57,855 nucleotides of DNA from Thermoplasmata archaeon (GTDB lineage: Archaea > Thermoplasmatota > Thermoplasmata > Lutacidiplasmatales > UBA184): contig JASHSX010000082.1 of NCBI GenBank assembly GCA_030040865.1, positions 1 to 57,855 on the forward strand, in the 5' to 3' direction. Shown piece by piece: positions 1 through 8,677 of the stretch. Under the pieces are notes generated by a model that was not told where the DNA came from, did no database searches, and was given only the letters and a program-made list of their open reading frames with translations. How positions within the stretch are numbered: position 1 is the stretch's first letter; every line of letters starts with the position of its first letter. The translations under genes were made by a program, and so were the position numbers.

Positions 1-47
1 ACCGGCTTCCCGGCTCTCTCCATGTCCCTTCCCTTACAACGGAGGAC

Positions 48-302
48 GTGGCCTTGATCTCCGAGGCGCATGAGGCGACCCGTGAACTCAGGAACGAACA
101 GCTTGCGGATTGGGGAAAGGAAACCACGATCTGGAGGCTTACCAGTCAGGGTGAAGCCTTGGACATGGACCGATACGCGAAGGTCGTCGCTCGTGACACG
201 CTGTCTGATATCCGCGAGTATCAGGCCGCTAGGGCTGTGTCCGAGACCAAGCGTGCTCGGTTCAATTCGGTTAAAGAGCTTCGAAAACACCTCGAGACGT
301 GA
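48..302 (+). CDS. hypothetical protein (possibly 5'-truncated by the window edge)
   Basis: GTG 48 is preceded by GGAGG (41-45). The frame has no stop back to nt 3, so the gene may begin left of the window. Only 56 of 84 codons end in G/C by hand count, which is atypical here. No motif recognised. Confidence 0.3.
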   Translation: MALISEAHEATRELRNEQLADWGKETTIWRLTSQGEALDMDRYAKVVARDTLSDIREYQAARAVSETKRARFNSVKELRKHLET

Positions 303-426
303 GCCGGTCGAAACGACACGGTCCTGGAACCTGTGTCGCAAGTTGACTCAGGCAGCTTCGGCGGGACCCAGTGGTTGGAACAGTAGTTTCACACTCTTCC
401 GAGCCAAGCCGGGCCGCACGAAGCGG

Positions 427-1164
427 TTACAGTATCCCGAAACGGTCGATGCCCTTCTGAGTGCGGGCCAGGACATCGGCGGCGTCGAGTTCGAGGTCGT
501 ACCGGCGGAAATAACGGCCCAACGCTCCGAGCCCTTTCTCGAGGGCCCTCATCGCCTCGGTCAGGCGGACCCACGCGGGGAATCCCAGTCTGTCCACACG
601 AATTCCCGCCGCGAGATCGATGAACCACGGCGACTCCTCGTATACCAGGATGTTGAACGGGCTGAGGTCGGAGTGGACCACGCCCGCCTCCGCCAGTCCC
701 TCGATGCCGGCGACGGTAGCGTCTAGGAAGGCGGGAGGATCGCGGAGCTGTGCGTGTTGGAGCATGGGAGCGGGGGCGTCTCCGTTTCCTAGGTATTGCA
801 TCGAGAACATGTTCTCCACGCGTCGACCCGGCGCCGGTACACGAGCTCCTCCCTGCCAGGCGTAGGTCAACAGATCGAGCTCGATCAGCGCGCGCTGACC
901 CATCGCTTCGAGCTTGATGGGGCGCCCTCCGCGGTGAGCGGTCCGGTACTGCCGGTAGACCTTGACCGCCACCAGACGACGACCATCGCGGCAAAGGTAG
1001 ACGTCCGCTTCCTTCCCCGAACCGAGCCGCTGACCGACCTCGGTCGCCAGTCCGCATCCGACGATGGCGTCCGCTACCTCGCGGTGCGTCGGCTCCGCGA
1101 AGGCGATCTGCCCCGTCCGCACCTTCCAGTGTACGCTCTCGTCCAAGTACCCATCGTTGGGCAT
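427..1164 (-). CDS. RIO-type serine protein kinase
   Basis: ATG 1164. Motifs GSGKEADVY (nucleotide-binding loop), VHSDLSPFNILV (catalytic loop) and FIDLAAG (metal-binding loop) are typical of RIO atypical kinases. Confidence 0.8.
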   Translation of the reverse strand: MPNDGYLDESVHWKVRTGQIAFAEPTHREVADAIVGCGLATEVGQRLGSGKEADVYLCRDGRRLVAVKVYRQYRTAHRGGRPIKLEAMGQRALIELDLLTYAWQGGARVPAPGRRVENMFSMQYLGNGDAPAPMLQHAQLRDPPAFLDATVAGIEGLAEAGVVHSDLSPFNILVYEESPWFIDLAAGIRVDRLGFPAWVRLTEAMRALEKGLGALGRYFRRYDLELDAADVLARTQKGIDRFGIL

Positions 1165-1166
1165 TG

Positions 1167-1182
1167 CTGGTCCTCGGACCAG
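1167..1182. repeat. 16-nt near-perfect palindrome CTGGTCCTCGGACCAG next to the RIO kinase start
   Basis: The palindrome begins 3 nt upstream of ATG 1164 (minus strand). The arms CTGGTC/GACCAG pair perfectly. Confidence 0.5.
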
Positions 1183-1545
1183 GTCGGTCGACTCACGAAG
1201 AGGAAGTGTGAAGGTCGCCCACCGAAACGACGGGGCCTACTCGGTCCACGGTGCGTTGGCGAGCGCTTCGACTGCCATTTCCCCGTGAACCTCCCGGCCG
1301 TGGGCCAGCACGCCGAGGGTCGACCGGTATCTAAGCTCCACCGAGTGCCGGGCGGCGCGTCTCGTCGATAGAGAACATTCGGCCCGCTCAGTTTCCGGCG
1401 GTTCTGGAGACGCGGACCACGCGCAATGACGCCGGCTGCCGCCGGGTACACGCCGGTAAGTCCGGATTCGATCCGCCCGTCCGCCCGGGTGCGCCCGTGT
1501 TCTAGTTTCGACAGCATGATGTATATCTCGTTCGTCCCGGCCCGC

Positions 1546-4488
1546 ATGCGAGGGCGCGTTCTCGGCGCGGTGATCCTGGCGGCCATCATGGTCCTGAGCG
1601 GGTTCTCGATCCTGGCCTTCGGCCCGGTACAGGGAGCCGGGCCGGTGCCCTCTGCTCCCGGCACCTCGATCGCGAGCAGTCCCTCCATCGCGGCCCCGGT
1701 CGCGACACCCCCCTCCGCGTTGAGTTCCGGCGCGGCGAGCTCCTGCCCGTCCCTCGAGAGCACTCAGAACGACCCCGGGTACGCCGCGTACGTTCAACAC
1801 GTCCAGTCGATCGCCCACGCGGCCGTATCCGACGGCCTTCCCTCGTCGGACCTCCACCTTCCCTACACCGGCGCGATCGCCGATCAGGTCGTGAACGGTG
1901 TCCCGATGTCCGGAAGCGCCCTGACAACCGAGTGTGCCGGACACCAGCCCACGACCTCGCAAACGGCTCCGCCGGGAGTCTCCTACGACGGCCAGACCGA
2001 CATCTCGACCCTCCAGGACAAGACGCTCGACTCCAACAGCATCGCGGCGACTCTCACCGTGAACTCGCCGACGCAGAACTTCTACCCCGGTAGCGGAACC
2101 CCGACGGTCTGGGGTGCCCAGGAGAACGTCGTCCTGCCGAACGTCACCATCCTCGGGCAGCAGTGCCCGACCGAGCCGTGCAGCGCGAGCGGGAACGGGA
2201 ACTACGCGTTCTGGGTCCAGAACACCCTTTCGTACGATTCCCACAACGACACGCTGTACTTCGTGGACGACACGTGGAACTTCACGAACTACCAGTCCTC
2301 CATGTTCCAGTCCTCTCTGGTCGACTGGTCGCCGCTCGGCGGCAATTACACGGGCGTGTGGGTCGCCTTCTCCCAGTACTACACCGTGAAGGCTCCGTTC
2401 ACGGTGACGATGTACGTCAACACCTCCGTCGACGCGGCCGGCGACCAGATCCTCTGGTACAACTACAGTGTCGCGACACCGACCGAGTTCATCGGGAACG
2501 GGAACTACGACTATCTGGTGTTCAACTCCCAACCGGCGGGCGGCCACCTCGCGCTGAGTCCGCCGGACTTCGAGGCGAGTGCCAACACCTATCACCTGGT
2601 CCCCGAGGACTACGAGTTCGACGCGTTCATCGGGGCCGATGACGGATCGAACCAGCTCATGCTCGCGGCGCACGCGACGATGACGGTGAAGTACTGCGAT
2701 CGCGCTCCCTACTGCACTTCCAGCCAGTTCGCGTACGCGAACGTTCCGGCCGCGGTCGACTTCGGCAGCGAGACCGGCGAGCAGGCGATCGGCATCGCGG
2801 TGAGCTACGTCGGGACCACCGCGCACCTCAACGCCGGGCCGCTCGTCCTGCAGGGATTGTGGAACTACACCGGGCTGACCGGGGTCAAGGCGGGATCGAC
2901 CGAGGTCGTGAACAACATCCGGGTCGTCGGCGATCCCGAGGGGCCGCTCTCCTCGCAGCCGTACGTCTTTGTCTTCTTGGAGGACACCGCGGACCCGGCC
3001 CAGGGGTACCAGTGGGCTCCGGACCAGCCCGCCTGGTACCTCATGCCGGGAACGTACCGGTACGACCTCCTGCTTTCCGACTACAAGGAGGTCCGGGGCA
3101 CTTTCGTCGTGGGAACGACCACCACGAGCCTGATCGCCCTACTGCCGTACGACGCAAAGGCCGGAGTCTACACGCCGCTCTGGGCGTTCGGCAACGGCCA
3201 GCTCGCTGGGATCTCCTCGAAGGGGTCGGGGTCGCTCGCGAACCCGTTCGTGCCGTTCAATAACCCCACGAACGGCTACGACGGGTACACGGACGGGGCG
3301 TTGAGCCCGTACTTCTTCAGCTTCAACGACTACGACTACCCGTCCTTCTCCGGCGTGCTGTTCTCCGGGACGACGGCGTACGTCGATCTGAACGCCCCGC
3401 CGAGCTTTGCGGTACCCGCCGGGGGCGGCACGTACCTCTACCTCGGGCTCGAGTTCTACCAGACCTCGCACGTCACGCTCTCCCACGACACGTTCGTGCA
3501 GGGATGGGCGGCATGGAGCGAGATCTCGTTCTACATCAGCGTCCCCGCGTCGCAGAACCCCGTTCCCGAAGCCGAGGTTTCCTTCTGGGATTCGACCGAC
3601 GCCCTCGTGATGTCGAACGACTTCGTGGGCACCGAGCCGTTCGGGGGATCGGTCGCCCCCGACGGTCTCGTCCTCTACGGGGGAACGAACAACGTCGTCT
3701 GGGGGAACACGTTCACCGACCCGCCCGGGACCTCGCTGCACGTCCGGGGGCAATACGCCGGTCTGGGCCTCGGCGAGGGAGGGGACCTCATCTACAACAA
3801 CAATTTCTCCGTGGACAATCCGGTGGTCTACCTACCGTACAACTGGCCGAACGTGGCGGACTGCCTTCCGCAGAGCTTGGGCCCGTGCGGCGCCAGCGGC
3901 CACGACAACTCCGTGTACTACAACGACGCGGCCAACGTCCGTGGGAACACCTGGAACGTCACTCCCCAGCCGGCGTCGAACATCGTCCACGTGGTGAACG
4001 GGCACCCGCTGAGCGGCAACGTCCTCGGATCGCTGGTCACCACGCAGGGCGGCAATTACTACTGGAACTACGGTACGGGGGCGAACGGATACTCGCGCTA
4101 CCCGTACGTCTCCCGTTTCTACTACAGCGATTGGTCGAACATCTTCCCGCTCGGCTGTACGTCGGTGGAACCGCCGGGAGCGCCGTGCGGTACTCCGCCA
4201 CCGATCGTCGGGGCGTTCGAGAACGGTATCGCGACCGGCGGCGACTACGCGCCGTACGGACCGATGCTGTCGTTCCAGGAGTCCGGTCTTCCGTACGGCA
4301 CCGAGTGGTCGGTCACGATCCACGGCGTCACTTACTCGACGCACACCGGTCGACTCCTCGTCGCCGAGCCGTACGGCAGCGAGGGCTTCGCGGTCTCCGC
4401 GTCGGGCTGGTCGGCCTATCCGGCGAGCGGAACGGCCTTCGCGGAAGGGGTCACCGTCGTGCCGATCTCCTTCGCGATCGACGGGTGA
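1546..4488 (+). CDS. secreted thermopsin-like (peptidase A5) protein with beta-helix repeats
   Basis: Signal-peptide-like MRGRVLGAVILAAIMVLSGFSILAFG starts at ATG 1546 (alternatives: ATG 1516, track start 1426). YAFWVQNTLSYDSHNDTLYFVDDTWNFTN closely resembles the thermopsin core as I recall it from Sulfolobus (YAYWLQDV...LTFIDNVWNLTG). GN-rich repeats (NNVVWGNTFTD, LIYNNNFSVDN, RGNTWNV) suggest a parallel beta-helix. There is a C-terminal ESGLPYGTEWSVTIHG module. Confidence 0.7.
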   Translation: MRGRVLGAVILAAIMVLSGFSILAFGPVQGAGPVPSAPGTSIASSPSIAAPVATPPSALSSGAASSCPSLESTQNDPGYAAYVQHVQSIAHAAVSDGLPSSDLHLPYTGAIADQVVNGVPMSGSALTTECAGHQPTTSQTAPPGVSYDGQTDISTLQDKTLDSNSIAATLTVNSPTQNFYPGSGTPTVWGAQENVVLPNVTILGQQCPTEPCSASGNGNYAFWVQNTLSYDSHNDTLYFVDDTWNFTNYQSSMFQSSLVDWSPLGGNYTGVWVAFSQYYTVKAPFTVTMYVNTSVDAAGDQILWYNYSVATPTEFIGNGNYDYLVFNSQPAGGHLALSPPDFEASANTYHLVPEDYEFDAFIGADDGSNQLMLAAHATMTVKYCDRAPYCTSSQFAYANVPAAVDFGSETGEQAIGIAVSYVGTTAHLNAGPLVLQGLWNYTGLTGVKAGSTEVVNNIRVVGDPEGPLSSQPYVFVFLEDTADPAQGYQWAPDQPAWYLMPGTYRYDLLLSDYKEVRGTFVVGTTTTSLIALLPYDAKAGVYTPLWAFGNGQLAGISSKGSGSLANPFVPFNNPTNGYDGYTDGALSPYFFSFNDYDYPSFSGVLFSGTTAYVDLNAPPSFAVPAGGGTYLYLGLEFYQTSHVTLSHDTFVQGWAAWSEISFYISVPASQNPVPEAEVSFWDSTDALVMSNDFVGTEPFGGSVAPDGLVLYGGTNNVVWGNTFTDPPGTSLHVRGQYAGLGLGEGGDLIYNNNFSVDNPVVYLPYNWPNVADCLPQSLGPCGASGHDNSVYYNDAANVRGNTWNVTPQPASNIVHVVNGHPLSGNVLGSLVTTQGGNYYWNYGTGANGYSRYPYVSRFYYSDWSNIFPLGCTSVEPPGAPCGTPPPIVGAFENGIATGGDYAPYGPMLSFQESGLPYGTEWSVTIHGVTYSTHTGRLLVAEPYGSEGFAVSASGWSAYPASGTAFAEGVTVVPISFAIDG

Positions 4489-4523
4489 GCCACGGGAACG
4501 TATTCCGGGCCCCGTAAGCACCG

Positions 4524-5513
4524 GTGATGGACCCGCCCGCTCCGAGCGAGGGTACCCGCTTTCCGCCCGCCGAGGGGGAACGACGGCGATGGTCCGAGCT
4601 ACCGCCGTCGGTGCGCATCGCGCTCGAGCGCCACCTCGGCGCCCAGGTCGTCGAGGAGACTTCCGAGCGGGGCGGCTTCTCTCCGGGGGTCGCCTCCCGG
4701 ATCGTCCTCTCGGACGGACGACGGATGTTCGCGAAGGTCGTGGGCGCCGAGGCCAACCCGGACTCTCCGGAGTTCCACCGGCGGGAGGCGCGCATCCTGG
4801 CGCGACTCCCTCCCGACCTGCCCGTCCCCCGGCTCCTTTCGGTCTACGACGAGGGGCCGTGGGTGGCGTTGTTCCTCGAGGAGATCGCCGGTCGTTCCCC
4901 TCGACTTCCGTGGGACCCCACCGAGCTTCGGCGTGTCCTCTCCGCCCTCGAGAGCCTCCTCGAGCGGCTCACGCCAGCGCCGTTCGAGAGCCCGTCGTTT
5001 GGCGAGCTGCATCGCCACCTGTTCGGGGAGTGGCATCGGGTCTCCGGCTCCACGGAGCTCCAAGACCAGGTCCGATCGGCCTTCGGTTCCGCTCCGCTCC
5101 GCCACCTCGGGCGGCTCCGGGAGCTCGAGACCCGGATGGACGACGCGACGGCGGGGAGGACGCTGTTGAACTCGGACGTCCGCGCCGACAATGTTCTGCT
5201 CGCGGACGATCGGGTCTACTTCGCCGACTGGCCGTCGGCCTGTCGCGCCGCGCCGTGGGTCGAGCTCGCGCTCTTCCTCCCGAGCGTCGCGATGCAGGGC
5301 GGACCGGCGCCGTGGAGCCTGTTCGACGCAAGCCCCCTGTCGCGGGAGGCGGACCCCGAAGCCGTGGACACGGTCCTGGCCGGGTTGTCCGGATTCTTCG
5401 TCGGAAGTTCGATGAAGCCGCCGCCGCCCGGATTGTCGACCCTCCGCCCCTTCCAGCGGGCGCAGGGTCTCGAGACCCTCCGATGGATCGCGCATCGGTG
5501 GGACGGGGTCTGA
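4524..5513 (+). CDS. aminoglycoside/choline-kinase-type phosphotransferase family protein
   Basis: Start is GTG 4524 or ATG 4527. Catalytic-loop-like NSDVRADNVLL (xxDxxxxN) followed by YFADW. The FAKVV lysine region is present. The loop His is replaced by Asn. Confidence 0.55.
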   Translation: MMDPPAPSEGTRFPPAEGERRRWSELPPSVRIALERHLGAQVVEETSERGGFSPGVASRIVLSDGRRMFAKVVGAEANPDSPEFHRREARILARLPPDLPVPRLLSVYDEGPWVALFLEEIAGRSPRLPWDPTELRRVLSALESLLERLTPAPFESPSFGELHRHLFGEWHRVSGSTELQDQVRSAFGSAPLRHLGRLRELETRMDDATAGRTLLNSDVRADNVLLADDRVYFADWPSACRAAPWVELALFLPSVAMQGGPAPWSLFDASPLSREADPEAVDTVLAGLSGFFVGSSMKPPPPGLSTLRPFQRAQGLETLRWIAHRWDGV

Positions 5514-5571
5514 TCGGAGTGCGGGATCGACGGGGCGGGGTCCGCGAAGGCCGGGACTCCCAAGTCGGGAG

Positions 5572-6261
5572 CTAGCGGCCCCGCAAGCGACGCACGAGCG
5601 CGGCCGGCGTGGTGAACAGGGCTCGTTCCACGCGATCGTCCGCCAGGCCGGCGCCCCGGGCGATCCGTAGCGCCTGCTCGAGCGGGACGAGCTGCTCGGG
5701 TCCGTGCGCGTCCGAATCTACGACGAGCTCGGCTCCGGCTTCGATCGCCACGCGCGCGACATGGCCGTTCGTCAGGGAGTGGCCGACGCGCGCCGAGATC
5801 TCCAGGACGACATCGTGGTCCTTCGCAAGCTCCGCATCCCGAGGGTCGAGCAGGCCAGGGTGCGCGAGCACGTCGACCGACCCGGAGTCGATCGCCGCGT
5901 GGTTGGTCCCGGCGGGGACGTTCTCGACCGTCGTCTCGCCGTGCACGATGACGATCTCGGCACCGGCCTTCCGGCAGGCCCGCGCGGTGTCGGCGATCCG
6001 GCGCGCGGGCACCTTAGTGAGCTCCACTCCCACGATCGGAACGAACGGGCTTCCGTCCCAGCCCGACGCTTCGCGGCGGAGCTGGTCGAGGAGCGGTCTC
6101 GGGTCCTCGAGGCCCACGTGATCGGTGAGGGCCAGCGCCCGGTGCTGAAGTACCTCCGCCTCGAACCACATGTCCGTGGCCGAGGTCGTTCCGTCGGTGA
6201 GGTAGGAATGGGAGTGAAAGTCGATCCTTCGGGGACCGGGGTCGCGCGGCGAACCGCCCAC
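5572..6261 (-). CDS. PHP-domain metal-dependent phosphoesterase
   Basis: GTG 6261. IDFHSHS (HxH) near the N-terminus, with later VHGE, AHPG and DSDAHG motifs characteristic of the PHP family. Confidence 0.65.
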   Translation of the reverse strand: MGGSPRDPGPRRIDFHSHSYLTDGTTSATDMWFEAEVLQHRALALTDHVGLEDPRPLLDQLRREASGWDGSPFVPIVGVELTKVPARRIADTARACRKAGAEIVIVHGETTVENVPAGTNHAAIDSGSVDVLAHPGLLDPRDAELAKDHDVVLEISARVGHSLTNGHVARVAIEAGAELVVDSDAHGPEQLVPLEQALRIARGAGLADDRVERALFTTPAALVRRLRGR

Positions 6262-6283
6262 GGGGGCCCGAGGGGGGCCGGGG

Positions 6284-6289
6284 TTTAGA
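6284..6289 (-). promoter_or_regulatory. TATA-like box for the PHP gene
   Basis: TTTAGA (plus strand) is centred about 25 nt upstream of GTG 6261 in otherwise GC-rich sequence. Confidence 0.4.
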
Positions 6290-6310
6290 GCTGCCGGGTG
6301 GACCTGCCGG

Positions 6311-7186
6311 TCAGAACCTCGCCCCGATCCAGGCGTGGACCTCGGGGATCCGGCGGGTGTAGAGGCTGAGATGCCCTTCGTCCGCTTCGAGGTGCGCCTC
6401 CGCCTGGGGGATGTGGTCGGCGAGCCAGCGGCCGTGCTGGAACGGGACGAACCGGTCGTGTCGGCCGTGCCAGATCTGGAGCGGGACCCGGATCCGGGCC
6501 GGATCGAACCCCCAGGGCCGAGTCTCGCTCAGATTGTCATCGATGATCCCGTCCGCACCCTCGCGGAATCCCTCTCTCCCCTGCGCGGCGAAGAAGTCGG
6601 CCAGCGCGGGGGTGAGCGCGCGGGCGTCCACCTCGGACAGGAGGGTCGTGAGGTACTCCACCACCTGTGCCGGCGTTGCGTCGCGCATCTGGGCCACCTC
6701 GTCCCGGCTCTTTCGCTCCCACGCGGCGCGGTCCGAGTGCAGCAGTCGCAGGTCGTCGGCGTTCAGCTCACCGAGGCCCTCGTATGGGTCGAGCCCCTCC
6801 GCATCCGCCGGGGCCGCCCCCGCGAGGCACGCCGCCGCGACCACCCGCTCGGGCAGCAGGGCGGCGCACGCGAGCGCCGGATCCCCGCCTCCTGAGTGTC
6901 CCCACACGCCGAACCTCCCGATGCCGAGGGCGTCCGCGATCGTCGCGACGTCGGAGGCCACATCGGCGACCGTCCGGTCCGGGTGCCGGGTCGATCCCCC
7001 GTATCCGGGTCGGTCGTAGCCGAGCAGCCGGATCCCGCGTCGTCGGGCATCGTCCACGTGGACGCTGTAGAGGAGGCGTGAGCCCGGCGAGCCGTGCAGC
7101 GAAAAGATCGCCGGACCGTCCGGGCTCCCGTCCTCTTGGACCCGCAGCGTCCGACCGTCCGCGGTCGATACCGTGTGCTCCCGCAT
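6311..7186 (-). CDS. alpha/beta hydrolase (proline iminopeptidase-like)
   Basis: ATG 7186 chosen (MREHTV...); the track start 7285 lies beyond the shared TATA-like box. Oxyanion region HGSPGS and nucleophile elbow GHSGGG. Confidence 0.7.
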   Translation of the reverse strand: MREHTVSTADGRTLRVQEDGSPDGPAIFSLHGSPGSRLLYSVHVDDARRRGIRLLGYDRPGYGGSTRHPDRTVADVASDVATIADALGIGRFGVWGHSGGGDPALACAALLPERVVAAACLAGAAPADAEGLDPYEGLGELNADDLRLLHSDRAAWERKSRDEVAQMRDATPAQVVEYLTTLLSEVDARALTPALADFFAAQGREGFREGADGIIDDNLSETRPWGFDPARIRVPLQIWHGRHDRFVPFQHGRWLADHIPQAEAHLEADEGHLSLYTRRIPEVHAWIGARF

Positions 7187-7268
7187 TGGCGAAGGCCGCG
7201 AGCCTACGGCAGGCCTTCGATATAGCTCCGGCCGGAGGTAAGTACGGGACGAGGGCCCGGGTTCGACC

Positions 7269-7949
7269 GTGACGACGATCCGCACGATCCCGACCCACGA
7301 GATCGTCGAGAGGACCCACCCGCGGCCGCCCCCGGAGGAGGCCGATCGGGTGGCGATGGCGACGGGGCGCGCGATCGACGGGACGCTCTCCCAGCTGGGT
7401 CACCAGATCCGGTCCGGGCGCAAGCCGACGGCGACCTCGATGCGTCGCTACGCCGAGGAGATGCTCACGGACGCCCTCGCCGAAGAGGCGGTGGCCGTGA
7501 CCGACGGAGAGCGCCAAAAGATCCTCGACCAGATCGACGGGACGCTCAAGGCCTACCGTGGAAGCGTGATCTTCGGACTGGCGCGACCGAAGACCCGGGT
7601 CATCCTGATCGACGGTCGTGTAGGCGTCTACGCCCAGCCGGACTACTGGGACGGACGCGGCCGGTTCTACGAGATGAAGAGCTACCTCGCGATCCCGCCC
7701 CCTCCCGAAGTGTCCCTCCAGCTACGGCTCTTCCAGCTGGCCTTCCCCGGCTTTGGGGCGACGCTCGTTTGTCTCGACCGTCACCGATCCCCGATCGAGA
7801 CACGAACCTACGATGTACCGGCTCCGACCGAGGAAGAACGGGAGAGTACGCTGCGGCTCGCCTACGACCTAGGAACCCGCTTCGGGCAGGAGAAGGTCGT
7901 CGAGTACATGGAGGGCCCGTTCGTGCGCTACGAGCGGCCGCCGGACTGA
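7269..7949 (+). CDS. PD-(D/E)XK nuclease superfamily protein (RecB/Cas4-like core, no Cys cluster)
   Basis: GTG 7269. VYAQPDYWDGRGRFYEMKSY gives D-x9-E-x-K. It is followed by QLRLFQLA, which resembles the QxxxY motif of Cas4/RecB nucleases. G/C in 39 of the first 40 third-codon positions, so codon usage is native. Confidence 0.45.
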   Translation: MTTIRTIPTHEIVERTHPRPPPEEADRVAMATGRAIDGTLSQLGHQIRSGRKPTATSMRRYAEEMLTDALAEEAVAVTDGERQKILDQIDGTLKAYRGSVIFGLARPKTRVILIDGRVGVYAQPDYWDGRGRFYEMKSYLAIPPPPEVSLQLRLFQLAFPGFGATLVCLDRHRSPIETRTYDVPAPTEEERESTLRLAYDLGTRFGQEKVVEYMEGPFVRYERPPD

Positions 7950-8174
7950 GGCAAGCCCGCCCCGGCCACTCGCGCCTCGGAGCGTTCGGGCCCGGGCCTC
8001 GAGTTCCGCGGTGGTACGGTCCGAGCTCGCCGCCCGGGAGGTATCCCCGGCTCAATCCGTCCGGTGCGGCGACGACCGAAAACCTGCCGCGGGCCGGCGC
8101 ACGCCACCGGAGGGTACGGGGGGCCGACTCCCGGCGAAACCCAGAAAAGGGAGGACCCGGTGGGAAGTGGTGAG

Positions 8175-8666
8175 ATGGCCGCGCTCACCGAGGCGATGAT
8201 CGCGATGGTCCGAAAGCAGCGGCTCGGCTACGTAGCCACGATCTCGCCCGACGGGTTCCCGAAGGTCTCTCCGAAAGGGTCGCTCACCGTCTGGGACCCG
8301 GATCACCTCGTCTTCGCCGACATCGAGTCTCCGAACACCGTGCGCAACCTGGCGAAGAACCCCCGCACCGAGATCAACGTCGTCGACCCGTTCGTCCGGA
8401 AGGGGTTCCGGTTCACCGGGACCGCCGAGGTCCTCCACGCGGGCGAGCTGTACTTCAAGGTCCTCGAGAAGTACAAGGCGGAGGGTGCGGACATCCGGCG
8501 CGTCCGCTCGGTCGTGCTCGTGAAGGTCACCCAAGCCTTGCCGCTCGTCTCGCCCGCGTACGCGGACGGCTACAGCGAGGACGAGGTGCGTCGGCTCTGG
8601 GAAGAGTACCACGCCAAGGCCGAGGACAAGACGGTCCTCGACCTGACGCCGCCGACCGACTTCTGA
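8175..8666 (+). CDS. pyridoxamine 5'-phosphate oxidase family (FMN-binding split barrel) protein
   Basis: ATG 8175, internal to track ORF 8064-8666. The pattern LGYVATISPDGFPKVSPKGS...VFADIESPNTVRNL...INVVDP is typical of PNPOx-like proteins. Confidence 0.6.
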   Translation: MAALTEAMIAMVRKQRLGYVATISPDGFPKVSPKGSLTVWDPDHLVFADIESPNTVRNLAKNPRTEINVVDPFVRKGFRFTGTAEVLHAGELYFKVLEKYKAEGADIRRVRSVVLVKVTQALPLVSPAYADGYSEDEVRRLWEEYHAKAEDKTVLDLTPPTDF

Positions 8667-8677
8667 GCGGGGGCGGC

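Noticed and set aside
7259-7267. GGTTCGACC, a T-loop-like sequence that could hint at a second tRNA.
   Set aside because: The flanking bases do not form a T stem, and no acceptor or anticodon arms can be built. It overlaps the start of the gene at 7269.
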